This document shows positions 23,285 through 32,447 of a DNA stretch of 45,913 bases, in pieces. Below the pieces are notes generated by a model, which saw only the letters and a list, made by a program, of their open reading frames with translations, was not told where the DNA came from and made no database searches. Made by a program: the position numbers and the translations under genes. Origin of the DNA: Candidatus Pacearchaeota archaeon (GTDB lineage Archaea; Nanobdellota; Nanobdellia; Pacearchaeales; GW2011-AR1); assembly GCA_046706965.1 (NCBI GenBank), contig JBJKOX010000012.1:1-45913 (forward strand), read 5' to 3'. The first letter of the stretch is position 1; every line of letters starts with the position of its first letter.

Positions 23285-24346
23285 ATGTTTAGGAAAAGAG
23301 GGGACGTGCCAGTAAATAATGCTTCTAAGAAGTTTAACTATTTTCCCTTTTTGATATTTGCTGTTATGATTTTGGCAACTCTCGCATTTGGCCTAAACTA
23401 TTCTAATAATAAACAAGAAGTTCCAACATGTGGTGACGTAACTTTTTACAATTCATGCTCGCTAGTAAAACCTTATTGTTGCTCCAATGGGAGTCTTGTT
23501 GAAAAAGCATCTCTCTGTGGGTGTTTTGCAAACATGACTAAAAGTGGAGAATCCTGCCTTTCTAGTTATCAAATAGGTGAGAAAAATGTAACGCTAAATT
23601 ATGTCCTTAGAGGCAAAGAAGGTAAGATTATTTTTCCTGTTTATTCAGGAATGGATAAGTATCTTCAGACGATTTCAAGGACTACTTTTTATGCAGCAGG
23701 AGAACAGCCATTGATATCTGACTTTAAACTTAAGAGTATGAATGAACCTCAGCAAATGGATCTTCTTCTGCCTCTTGTAGAGAAAATACAGAATATAACT
23801 ACAAATAGGGACGATCAGGTCAGAATTGCAATAAGTATTATTCAGAACATTCCTTATGGGCCTTCAAATCTTACTACCTCCTTAGGAGATAACAAAAGCG
23901 TTAATTACTCAAGATATCCTTATGAAGTTCTTTATGACAATATGGGCGTTTGCAGCGAAAAATCAACACTTCTTGCTTTTGTACTGAAAGAGATGGGGTA
24001 TGGCGTAGCATTCTTGTATTACGCTCCAGAAAATAATGAGGCTGTAGGGATAAAGTGCCCTGTAAAATTTAGTGTAGATGGAACGGGATATTGTATTGTT
24101 GAAACTGTTGGTCCTTCTATAATAACAGATGATAAACTCCAATATGTTGGAGGAACTACACTTTATTCAGCTCCCCAAGTTATACCTATCTCACAAGGTG
24201 CGTCAATTGGAGATAACTGGCCGGAATTTCAGGATGCCAAACAGCTTGAATCTCTTATGAAGGGAGGAATTCCCTATCTAAGACAATGGGAACTAAGCAA
24301 TTTAGAAAAAAAGTATGGGCTTGGAGGAGTTTATAATCTTGCCTGA
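23285..24346 (+). CDS. membrane-anchored extracellular protein, possibly with a degenerate transglutaminase-like/papain-fold core
   Basis: The 353-aa protein has an N-terminal TM (FPFLIFAVMILATLAFGL) and a Cys-rich stretch (CGDVTFYNSCSLVKPYCCSNGS..CGC). The segment YPYEVLYDNMGVCSEKSTLLAFVLKEMGYGVAF resembles the Cys motif of transglutaminase-like proteins. The expected His is not obvious. Confidence 0.45.
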   Translation: MFRKRGDVPVNNASKKFNYFPFLIFAVMILATLAFGLNYSNNKQEVPTCGDVTFYNSCSLVKPYCCSNGSLVEKASLCGCFANMTKSGESCLSSYQIGEKNVTLNYVLRGKEGKIIFPVYSGMDKYLQTISRTTFYAAGEQPLISDFKLKSMNEPQQMDLLLPLVEKIQNITTNRDDQVRIAISIIQNIPYGPSNLTTSLGDNKSVNYSRYPYEVLYDNMGVCSEKSTLLAFVLKEMGYGVAFLYYAPENNEAVGIKCPVKFSVDGTGYCIVETVGPSIITDDKLQYVGGTTLYSAPQVIPISQGASIGDNWPEFQDAKQLESLMKGGIPYLRQWELSNLEKKYGLGGVYNLA

Positions 24347-24383
24347 TAAAAATCTTTAAAACTTGTGGTTTCTAATTTAATCT

Positions 24384-26153
24384 ATGGAGAGGAAAGAACT
24401 TATAAGAAAATATCTTGATTTTTTCAAGTCAAAAGGACATAAAGTAATTCCTTCTGCATCACTCGTTCCTGCAAATGATCCAACTGTTTTATTTACAACT
24501 GCAGGAATGCATCCTCTTGTGCCTCACCTGCTGGGGCAAAAACACCCTCTAGGAAAAAGACTAGTTAATGTTCAAAAATGCATAAGGACTACTGATATTG
24601 ACGAAGTAGGAGACAAGGTACACCATACCTTTTTTGAGATGCTTGGCAATTGGTCTCTGGGGGATTACTGGAAAAAAGAAGCTATAAACTATACCTTTAC
24701 CTTTCAAAATAGCATTTTGAAAATACCTCTTGAGAGGTATGCTATAAGCTGTTTTGCAGGAGATAGTGATGCCCCTCAAGACAAGGAATCTGCTAAAATT
24801 TGGGAATCTTTGGGTGTAAAAAAGGAACGAATTGCATTTTTGCCCAAAAAAGATAATTGGTGGGGGCCTGCAGGAAATACCGGCCCTTGTGGGCCTGATA
24901 CAGAACAGTTCTACTGGTCTGATAAAGGGCAACCGGCTCCAAAAAATTTTGATTCTAAAGATAAAAGATGGGTTGAGATAGGAAATGATGTTTTAATGCA
25001 ATATGTTAAAGACAAAAGTGGAGGGTTTAAAGAGGCAAAGCAAAAAAATGTTGACTTCGGTGGAGGCGTTGAAAGGACAGTTGCAGTGCTTAACGGATTT
25101 GATGATAATTACTTGGCAGATATGTGGAATTTGATAATAAAAAAAATCGAAAAAATTTCGGGAAAAAATTATAAGGGTAATGAAAGGGCTATGAGGATTG
25201 TTGCTGATCACATAAAGGCTGCAGTTTTCATAATTTCTGATGGGGTTGTACCTGAAAATACCGGTAGGGGCTATGTTTTAAGAAGATTGATAAGGAGGGC
25301 TATAAGATACGGCAGAGAGATTGGCATTGAAAACTTTGTTACAGAAATTGCGAAACCTGTTTTCGTTATTTATGATGATTATAAAGAACTAGAGAGAAAT
25401 AAATATCATATACTAGAAACATTGAAACAGGAAGAAGAGAAATTTGGAAGCACGTTGGGTACTGGAATGAAGCAGTTTAACAAACTTTCTTATGGGGCCA
25501 AAAAACTTTCAGGAGAAGATTCCTTCTTGCTTTACCAGTCCTATGGGTTTCCTATAGAAATAATAAATGACATGGCCAAAGAGAAAGGCATAAAAGTAGA
25601 TATAAAAGGTTTTGAACGTGAACTAGAAAAGCACCAGAAGCTTTCTAGAACTGCATCAGCAGGAACCTTCAAATCAGGCCTTGCCGATAATTCTGAGCAA
25701 GTTCAGAAGCTGCATACTGCAACACATCTCCTTAATGAATCTCTTAGAAGAGTTCTTGGTAATGATGTTAAACAGAAAGGTTCAAATATTACTTCAGAAA
25801 GATTGAGATTTGATTTTAACTTTCCACGAAAACTAACTGCGGAGGAAATAAAAAAAGTTGAAGATCTTGTTAATGAGAAAATAAAGGAGGGATTAAATGT
25901 GATAAGAGATGAAATGCCTCTTAAGAAAGCAATTGCATGTGGTGCGCAAAGCGAGTTTGGTACCAAATACCCTGATATTGTTTCTGTTTATACAATTAAA
26001 GATCCCTCTGAACCTAAGGGATGGTTCTCGAAAGAAATCTGCACAGGACCCCATGTTGAAAACACGCGTGAAATAGGGAAATTTAAAATTACAAAAGAAG
26101 AATCTTCATCAGCGGGAATTAGAAGAATTAAGGCTATTGTTATAAAAAACTAA
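24384..26153 (+). CDS. alaS: alanyl-tRNA synthetase, bacterial-type, minimal form lacking the C-Ala domain
   Basis: The 589-aa protein shows FLDFFKSKGHKVIPSASLVPANDPTVLFTTAGM, FFEMLGNWSLGDYWK, GPCGPDTEQFY and VDFGGGVERTVAVL. Editing-domain motifs HTATH and CTGPH are present. The ORF ends shortly after the editing core. Confidence 0.9.
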   Translation: MERKELIRKYLDFFKSKGHKVIPSASLVPANDPTVLFTTAGMHPLVPHLLGQKHPLGKRLVNVQKCIRTTDIDEVGDKVHHTFFEMLGNWSLGDYWKKEAINYTFTFQNSILKIPLERYAISCFAGDSDAPQDKESAKIWESLGVKKERIAFLPKKDNWWGPAGNTGPCGPDTEQFYWSDKGQPAPKNFDSKDKRWVEIGNDVLMQYVKDKSGGFKEAKQKNVDFGGGVERTVAVLNGFDDNYLADMWNLIIKKIEKISGKNYKGNERAMRIVADHIKAAVFIISDGVVPENTGRGYVLRRLIRRAIRYGREIGIENFVTEIAKPVFVIYDDYKELERNKYHILETLKQEEEKFGSTLGTGMKQFNKLSYGAKKLSGEDSFLLYQSYGFPIEIINDMAKEKGIKVDIKGFERELEKHQKLSRTASAGTFKSGLADNSEQVQKLHTATHLLNESLRRVLGNDVKQKGSNITSERLRFDFNFPRKLTAEEIKKVEDLVNEKIKEGLNVIRDEMPLKKAIACGAQSEFGTKYPDIVSVYTIKDPSEPKGWFSKEICTGPHVENTREIGKFKITKEESSSAGIRRIKAIVIKN

Positions 26154-26155
26154 AT

Positions 26156-26551
26156 TTATCCTCTATTTTGAAGTTCATCCAAACGTCTTTCTATTTCTCG
26201 CAACTGTGATTCCACATCTCCTCCCGTGTTTGTAGGGGTAGTCTTAGGTATATTATTTATGTGGTCCTGGATTTTGTTTTGTCCCTTATATTCCTCCTCA
26301 TATTTTTTAAGGATATCAGGAAGTTTTAATGTAGGGAGGAGTCTATGCACTGAACTTATTGTAGACTTAAGCTCTTTTATTTTTTTATAAAGTATCATCT
26401 TAAGTTCTAGTTCTTTATCTCTATATAATTCGTATCTTTCAATATTCCCTGCAATTCTAAGAAGCTCAGCCTCTGATGTTAAAAATTCTTTCTTTGCAGT
26501 AAGTGCTTCATCATATTCAAATTTTATGTGTATGAGGTTTTCTTTTACCAT
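26156..26551 (-). CDS. coiled-coil protein, hypothetical
   Basis: The 131-aa protein has a heptad-like K/E/L-rich sequence. Its start abuts the stop of the upstream gene (26552), which suggests an operon. Confidence 0.55.
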   Translation of the reverse strand: MVKENLIHIKFEYDEALTAKKEFLTSEAELLRIAGNIERYELYRDKELELKMILYKKIKELKSTISSVHRLLPTLKLPDILKKYEEEYKGQNKIQDHINNIPKTTPTNTGGDVESQLREIERRLDELQNRG

Positions 26552-27109
26552 TTAAACCCTAGAAAAGATATCTACATTGACTTTTTCTATCTGATTTTTC
26601 AAAGATTCAATTTCACCCTGCCATCCTGTTAATTCTTTATCTTCTTTATCTTTCACTGCTTTTAGATCAGAAAGTATTTTTTCTATCTCAGTGATCTTCT
26701 TTCTCATTGTGTTAAAGACATCCATTGCATCTTCAAATTTATCCACCCTTATGAAGACAGGGCCCGTATTTTGTGTTGTAGGGCCAGGAATCCTTCCACT
26801 TCCAGAACCTATTTCACGTGTCATGGGTTTTTTTAGCGGCTCAGGCATCATTTGTTCCTCATCTTCATCATCGTATTCGGGCTCATCCGCATGGCCGTTT
26901 CCATCCCCTTCTTCCCCAGTAACAGCTCCTTTAATTGTGTCCTGAGAAAATTTTGTTCCTAATGAACTTGATGGAAAACTAGGAAGCTTGTGAATCTGCT
27001 TATCTTCATCCCTAGAAGGAAAATCAGGACGTTTTGGAAGCTCTGGCAGCGATGGTAAGGAAGGAGAACTCCCCATTGGTTTCACCTGTTTTTTATTAAA
27101 TAATCCCAT
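26552..27109 (-). CDS. hypothetical protein with a P/S-rich N-terminus, an acidic tract and a C-terminal coiled coil
   Basis: The 185-aa protein contains SSPSLPSLPELPKRPDFPS, DEPEYDDEDEEQ, and then PVFIRVDKFEDAMDVFNTMRKKITEIEKILSDLKAVKDKEDKELTGWQGEIESLKNQIEKV. Confidence 0.55.
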   Translation of the reverse strand: MGLFNKKQVKPMGSSPSLPSLPELPKRPDFPSRDEDKQIHKLPSFPSSSLGTKFSQDTIKGAVTGEEGDGNGHADEPEYDDEDEEQMMPEPLKKPMTREIGSGSGRIPGPTTQNTGPVFIRVDKFEDAMDVFNTMRKKITEIEKILSDLKAVKDKEDKELTGWQGEIESLKNQIEKVNVDIFSRV

Positions 27110-27234
27110 CTTTTTTTGTATGTTAACATATATTTTAGGATGTATATAAAAGAGTATCTAGGTTTAAAAACTTTTATTTTTTTAGAAAAATCTTCAACCG
27201 AAAGGTATTTATTTGGATTTTTTTTCTTTTTAAA

Positions 27235-28008
27235 ATGCTGAATAAATTTCTAAAGGAGGCGTTTGGTTCTGTTGCTGGTAAGTCTGCAGAGGATCTTGTA
27301 GATTTGCTTGATACGAAAAAACATGTGAATGAGTTTGTTATTGCAAAAAAATTAGATCTTACTATCAACCAGACTAGAAACATACTTTACAAAATCTCTG
27401 ACCATGGGTTGGTTTCATCTATAAGGAAGAAAGATAAGAAGAAAGGATGGTACACTTATTTCTGGAGAATTGAGACTCTAAAGGCATTGGAATTTTTGAG
27501 AGATAATATTCTACGTAAACGCGAGAACTATGAAAGGCAATTAAAGAGTAGAGAGACGAAAAGGTTCTATGTTTGTGAAAGATGCCATATAGAACTTAGT
27601 GAAGAAAATGCTCTTCTTTCTGACTTTACATGTAATGAATGTGGAAATATACTCGTGCTCAAAGATAATACTAAGTTGATAAATGAAATAAGAAAAAATA
27701 TTGACAAACTTAATAGAGATTTGATATTGATTGACAATGAAATTGAAAAAGAAGAACACATTCGTGATAAGAAAAAGGCGAAGGAGATTAAAAAATACGA
27801 AAGTGAACGAGCACAGATTTTGAAAAAGAGGCGTGAAGAACGTGCAAAGGCTAGAGCTAAGACTAAGAAAATTTCTAAAAAGGACACTGCCAAGAAGGCC
27901 CTTAAGAAAACAAGTAAAAAATCTATTAAGAAAGTGAAGCCAAAAACAAGGTCGAAAACGTCGGCTAAAAAATCTTCGCAAAAGAAAACAAAACCAAGGA
28001 GAAAATAA
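27235..28008 (+). CDS. tfe: transcription factor E alpha (TFE/TFIIE-alpha homolog) with a lysine-rich tail
   Basis: A winged helix (EFVIAKKLDLTINQTRNILYKISDHGLVSSIRKKDKKKGWYTYFWRI) is followed by a Zn ribbon (CERC....CNEC) and a long K/R-rich C-terminus. Confidence 0.8.
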   Translation: MLNKFLKEAFGSVAGKSAEDLVDLLDTKKHVNEFVIAKKLDLTINQTRNILYKISDHGLVSSIRKKDKKKGWYTYFWRIETLKALEFLRDNILRKRENYERQLKSRETKRFYVCERCHIELSEENALLSDFTCNECGNILVLKDNTKLINEIRKNIDKLNRDLILIDNEIEKEEHIRDKKKAKEIKKYESERAQILKKRREERAKARAKTKKISKKDTAKKALKKTSKKSIKKVKPKTRSKTSAKKSSQKKTKPRRK

Positions 28009-28009
28009 T

Positions 28010-28870
28010 TTGGCTAATTATACATTTAGCCCTGGTAAGAAACCAGGGATCTTTAGTTCATTGAGTGTTACTACCTGGCTGATTCTCATTAATGTAATCT
28101 TTTTTATTGTAGCTATGCTGCTTGGATTTTTCAATAGTGGTGATTGTTCTCAGACAATATGCAAATATATTGCACTAACACCTAATTATGTCCTGCATGG
28201 TAAATACCTTTGGACTTTCTTGACTAGCATGTTTATGCATGGTGGATTTGCACATATATTATTCAACATGATTTCTTTGTTTTTTGTTGGGACTTTACTT
28301 GAGAAGATAATCGGTAGAAAAAGATATTTCTGGTTTTATATTTTTGCAGGAATTTTTGCAGGAATAATTTTCGCAGTTTTAGCATATTTTTTGGGAGGTT
28401 CTGTTCTGGGGGCAAAACTTTTCGGAGACCCTTCCATTGCAGGCATTGGTGCGTCAGGAGCCATATTCGGACTTGTAGGGGTTCTCGCGGTTTTAATACC
28501 TAAGAATAAGATAAGTCTTATTGCAGGACCTCTAATTGCGATAGTATTAGAATACTCTTTGGGATCACTTCTTAATTCTTCTGCATTGGCTATCTTTAGT
28601 TTCCTTCTTAGTGTTTACATCTTCTTTTCTATATTTGCAATTTTTTCTTTTAATCAAAGAATGATAAGATGGACACTCCCTCTTACTATGCCTTTTTGGC
28701 TTCTGCCTGTCGTTGCGATAGTTCCACTTGTTATTGCAGGACTTTTTATAACATTACCTATTGCTAACTCTGCACACTTTGGAGGTTTGATCGCAGGAAT
28801 AGCCTATGGATTTTATCTTAAAAAGAGATACAAAAAGAAAACAAGATATATAAGTAAATATTTTAGCTAA
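28010..28870 (+). CDS. rhomboid family intramembrane serine protease
   Basis: The motifs are FMHGGFAHILFNM, GASGAIFG (GxSG) and AHFGGLIAG, in a 6-7 TM protein. The TTG start lies 1 nt after the tfe stop, with an AAGGAG SD 9 nt upstream. Confidence 0.85.
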   Translation: MANYTFSPGKKPGIFSSLSVTTWLILINVIFFIVAMLLGFFNSGDCSQTICKYIALTPNYVLHGKYLWTFLTSMFMHGGFAHILFNMISLFFVGTLLEKIIGRKRYFWFYIFAGIFAGIIFAVLAYFLGGSVLGAKLFGDPSIAGIGASGAIFGLVGVLAVLIPKNKISLIAGPLIAIVLEYSLGSLLNSSALAIFSFLLSVYIFFSIFAIFSFNQRMIRWTLPLTMPFWLLPVVAIVPLVIAGLFITLPIANSAHFGGLIAGIAYGFYLKKRYKKKTRYISKYFS

Positions 28871-28875
28871 TTTAT

Positions 28876-29514
28876 ATGGTGAATAGAAAAAAACATGTCC
28901 GAAAAAAATCCTCTAAACAGATAACACATAAGAAAGATAATTTTTGGGAACGCAATTACAAAGAAAGTTGGAATTATATAAAAGATTCCAGAAAATTCAT
29001 TTATGCAGTAATATGGGTCTTCGTATTTTTTGTTATCTTGGGTGCCTTTGTTCCTGTTCCTGCGGATATAGCATCTAAAATACAGGCTTTCATAGAACAG
29101 CTACTAACTCAGACACAAGGTCTTTCTTGGCCAGGGTTGATAGGGTTTATATTTTTCAATAATATCCAAAGCAGCTTTACGGGTATGATCTTTGGCGTTA
29201 TCTTTGGTATTTTTTCCATTTTCACTACAGCCATTAACGGCTACGTTGTAGGATTTGTTGCACTACTAGCTGTAAGGGAAGGAGGTCCGACTGTTCTATG
29301 GCGACTTTTTCCCCACGGCATTTTTGAACTGCCTGCTCTTTTCATTTCATTAGGCCTTGGATTAAAGTTTGGAACCTTTATTCTTCAGAAAGACAAATTA
29401 AAATCTTTTAAAGAATATCTTTTGAACTCACTTAGGGTTTTTGTATTTGTAGTTCTGCCTCTTTTAGCAATCGCTGCAATCATTGAAGGAACTTTGATTT
29501 TCTTCGTCGGATGA
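28876..29514 (+). CDS. SpoIIM-like (DUF95) membrane protein
   Basis: The 212-aa multi-TM protein has FFNNIQSSF and PHGIFELPALFISLGLGLKFG, motifs characteristic of the stage II sporulation protein M family. Confidence 0.7.
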   Translation: MVNRKKHVRKKSSKQITHKKDNFWERNYKESWNYIKDSRKFIYAVIWVFVFFVILGAFVPVPADIASKIQAFIEQLLTQTQGLSWPGLIGFIFFNNIQSSFTGMIFGVIFGIFSIFTTAINGYVVGFVALLAVREGGPTVLWRLFPHGIFELPALFISLGLGLKFGTFILQKDKLKSFKEYLLNSLRVFVFVVLPLLAIAAIIEGTLIFFVG

Positions 29515-29568
29515 TTAAATTTATATACTCTTTTCCATTTGTATATTCAACTAAAAGGTGGAGGTAAA

Positions 29569-29712
29569 ATGGGACAAGCTACAGGATGGGTTGTTGCAGT
29601 TGCTGCACTTGCTGTTCTTCTACAAGAACTAGGCATTTGGATGTCTTGGGTAGGATGGCTAGGATTTATTCTTGCAGTGATCGGCGCAATCATGGCGTTC
29701 ATGGGCAAATAA
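29569..29712 (+). CDS. 47-aa two-TM mini-membrane protein, hypothetical
   Basis: MGQATGWVVAVAALAVLLQELGIWMSWVGWLGFILAVIGAIMAFMGK is not in the track. A strong GGTGGAGGT SD lies 4-12 nt upstream. Confidence 0.4.
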   Translation: MGQATGWVVAVAALAVLLQELGIWMSWVGWLGFILAVIGAIMAFMGK

Positions 29713-29821
29713 GCTCATAACTATTAATTTTTATTTTTTAGAAATTATTTTATCAAAGAGGGGTTAGACCGGACATCAAGATATGGTTGAGAACCCGTTT
29801 TTTAATTTTAACAGAGAGAAA

Positions 29822-30037
29822 TTATTCTCTTAAATCATTTATACCAAGGACTATTAGTAGAATCCCTATCATTGCTACAAGCCAAAAAAGGCCCCCCTTA
29901 AGAAAAACCCATCCTGCGTGAAGAAAGTTTAGATCCTTTCCCCAGATGGTCCAAGAATATGCTGACGATGCCCAAGATATCAAAACCAAGGCTACTATAA
30001 TAATAAGTCCAAGAAACAATTCACTCCATCTATTCAT
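29822..30037 (-). CDS. 71-aa two-TM membrane protein, hypothetical
   Basis: There are two hydrophobic helices (LFLGLIIIVALVLISWA and GLFWLVAMIGILLIVLGI). It is convergent with the preceding mini-ORF. Confidence 0.4.
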   Translation of the reverse strand: MNRWSELFLGLIIIVALVLISWASSAYSWTIWGKDLNFLHAGWVFLKGGLFWLVAMIGILLIVLGINDLRE

Positions 30038-30204
30038 GTTTAAACTACATTGATTTTATTTAAAAAGATTATGCTTTATGAACACATATTTTACTCTAGA
30101 TAGTTTTATAAATTAATTATTTGTCCAGGCTCTATGAGCAGAAGTGAATTAGAAAGTTTAGCGATACCTATTTATTAGCTTCAGCCTCATTAATTCTAAT
30201 TAAA

Positions 30205-31197
30205 ATGGCCATAGATAAAGAAAAAATTGCAAAGGAAAACCTTTTACGTAGTGGAGACGAGGCTTCAGGGATCAAGATTAAAGGATATGATTTTGATAAA
30301 GGAATAAATTATCCTGACCTTGTAAAGAGTTTTTTATCTACAGGTTTTCAAGCATCACACTTTTATAGGGCTATTGAAATAGTGAACAAGATGATTTCTA
30401 ATAACGCTTTCATTTATCTAGGATATACCTCTAATATGGTCAGTTCTGGACTTAGGGATATTTTCAGATGGCTTGTGGAAAATAAGAAAGTGAATATTGT
30501 GGTCACGACTGCAGGGGGAGTTGAGGAAGACATAATAAAGTGCCTAGGGGATTTTTATCTGGGAGATTTCAGGGCTTCGGGAAAAGAACTTAGAGAAAAG
30601 GGCATAAATCGTATTGGAAATATCTTTGCTTCTAATAATCGGTATGTTGAGTTTGAAGATTTTTTTCAACCAATTCTTGAAGAGATTTATCAGGAGCATA
30701 AATCACTAAGTAAAACAGTTACCGCTTCTGAGCTGATTTGGAAACTTGGCGAAAAGATAAATAATGAGAAAAGCGTTCTTTATTGGGCCTGGAAAAATAA
30801 GATCCCTGTACATTGCCCTGCAATCTTAGATGGAGCAATAGGAGATAATATATATTTTTTTAAGTTTAAACACTCTGATTTTGAATTAGATATAGCGGAA
30901 GACATAAAACAATTCAATGATACCACTCTCGGACTGAAGAAATCAGGCCTTATCATTCTTGGAAGTGGTATTGTCAAACACTGCATTCTTAATGCAAATA
31001 TGCTAAGGAATGGGGCGGATTATGCTGTTTATATTAACAATGCACAGGAGTTTGATGGGAGTGATGCGGGCGCGCTTCCTGAAGAAGCAATTTCATGGGG
31101 CAAGATCCTTCCAGATGCCCAGTCTGTGAAGGTCTTTGGAGACGCCACGATTCTTTTTCCCCTGCTTGTAGCAGAGAGTTTTGCGAAAGAAAATTGA
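30205..31197 (+). CDS. dys: deoxyhypusine synthase
   Basis: The 330-aa protein shows LGYTSNMVSSGLRDI, VVTTAGGVEEDIIKC, GSGIVKHCILNAN and SWGKI, which are typical DHS motifs. Confidence 0.9.
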   Translation: MAIDKEKIAKENLLRSGDEASGIKIKGYDFDKGINYPDLVKSFLSTGFQASHFYRAIEIVNKMISNNAFIYLGYTSNMVSSGLRDIFRWLVENKKVNIVVTTAGGVEEDIIKCLGDFYLGDFRASGKELREKGINRIGNIFASNNRYVEFEDFFQPILEEIYQEHKSLSKTVTASELIWKLGEKINNEKSVLYWAWKNKIPVHCPAILDGAIGDNIYFFKFKHSDFELDIAEDIKQFNDTTLGLKKSGLIILGSGIVKHCILNANMLRNGADYAVYINNAQEFDGSDAGALPEEAISWGKILPDAQSVKVFGDATILFPLLVAESFAKEN

Positions 31198-31250
31198 TTT
31201 TTGTATAAATTTGGATAAAAATTTATATAGAGAAGCGCTCTTAATTTCTT

Positions 31251-32384
31251 ATGACTAAGAAAAAAGAAGAAAAAAATATTTCTATAGAAAATTCTGGTGC
31301 TGCTGTATCTGAGAAACAAATGAATGAGGAAATGTCTAATTTGGATGAGGGCAAAAATGAAAGGGATTTCCTTGAAGTGCTAAAGATATTCTCTCCCGGG
31401 ACTGCTATAAGGACCTCTCTGGATGACATTTTACGTGCAGGTATGGGGGCACTTATCGTTATAGATAAAGAAGGCCTCTCTTCAATTATGGAAGGAGGAT
31501 TTAGAATAAATTCTAGGTTTAGCGCTCAAAAACTAGTTGAATTAGCTAAAATGGATGGGGCTATCGTTTTGTCTCAAGATCTTAAAAAAATACTATATGC
31601 CAACACCCTATTAACACCTAGTGCTAAGTTCCAAACTAAAGAAACAGGAACTAGGCATAAGGCTGCTGAAAGAACTGCAAGACAGTTTGGCACTATAGTT
31701 ATTGCGATATCTGAAAGGAAGAAAAAGATAACTCTTTTTTATAAAGATGAAAGCTATTTCCTTGAGGATACATCTGAGATTTTGAGGCGTGCAGCTGAGA
31801 CTCTTCAAGTACTGGAGAAACAAACAGATATGTTTAATGATCTTCTTTCTCATTTGAACATACTTGAAATTACAAACCTTACTACTATGAGTGATGTATG
31901 TAGTGTTCTTCAGACCTTAGAAATGATTAGGAGGATATCTGATATAGTCAAAAGGTATTTAATAGAACTAGGGAAAGAGGGGACTATTGTTAGTATGAGA
32001 TTGAAGGAACTTACGAGAAACCTTACTCGGGAGCGAGATAATATTCTTAAGGACTATTTTGGCAATCAATATATAGAGACTGATGAAATGTTGAAAAGTG
32101 TAAATTTTGATTTTTTACTAGAAACCTCAAACATATTACGCCTTGTTTTTGGAGAACTTCATGATGAAGCTATTGCCCCTCGGGGAGGGAGAATTCTAGG
32201 CAAGATGAACTTGCTTGAAAAAGATAGAGATTCTCTTCTAGAAACCTTTGGTACTCTAGATAAAATCTTCAGTGCAGATGTCAGTGAGCTTAAGAATGTT
32301 TTCAAGAATGAAAATCTTGTAAACTCTTTCCTGACAGAGATCAAAAGTCTTAAAGAGAAGATAATGATGGGTAAAAAGATATAG
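31251..32384 (+). CDS. disA: DisA-type diadenylate cyclase (DAC domain, helical linker and degenerate HhH tail)
   Basis: FSPGTAIRTSLDDILRAGMGALIVI is followed by DGA (31554-31562) and GTRHKAAERTA (RHK at 31653-31661). Both the length (377 aa) and the domain order match DisA. Confidence 0.8.
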   Translation: MTKKKEEKNISIENSGAAVSEKQMNEEMSNLDEGKNERDFLEVLKIFSPGTAIRTSLDDILRAGMGALIVIDKEGLSSIMEGGFRINSRFSAQKLVELAKMDGAIVLSQDLKKILYANTLLTPSAKFQTKETGTRHKAAERTARQFGTIVIAISERKKKITLFYKDESYFLEDTSEILRRAAETLQVLEKQTDMFNDLLSHLNILEITNLTTMSDVCSVLQTLEMIRRISDIVKRYLIELGKEGTIVSMRLKELTRNLTRERDNILKDYFGNQYIETDEMLKSVNFDFLLETSNILRLVFGELHDEAIAPRGGRILGKMNLLEKDRDSLLETFGTLDKIFSADVSELKNVFKNENLVNSFLTEIKSLKEKIMMGKKI

Positions 32385-32447
32385 GATTAAGAAATTAAAC
32401 GCTGGCAATCTTCATAAATCTTAAATAACCTCTATCCTTGAAGGATT

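Noticed and set aside
27541-27981. Two overlapping minus-strand ORFs (146 and 108 aa) lie inside tfe. Similar shadow ORFs occur inside rps8e/Sm (13043-13333, 13505-13750), rnz (14349-14618, 14377-14592), glyS (17226-17423), leuS (21084-21658, 22104-22292, 22466-22654), alaS (24561-24932, 24993-25211, 25703-25966), proS (34475-34942), aspS (42691-43204), asnS (44673-45153) and others.
   Set aside because: These are antisense to genes with strong family motifs. Their F/L/S-rich low-complexity translations are typical of the reverse frame of K/E-rich genes, and they have no independent start signals.
29713-29821. A GC-richer patch (GAGGGGTTAGACCGG...GAGAACCCGTTTTTT) between convergent mini-membrane genes could be a small RNA.
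   Set aside because: Only a weak 5-bp GGGTT/AACCC stem followed by a T-run is present. The simplest reading is a shared terminator region, and I could not identify a conserved ncRNA fold.
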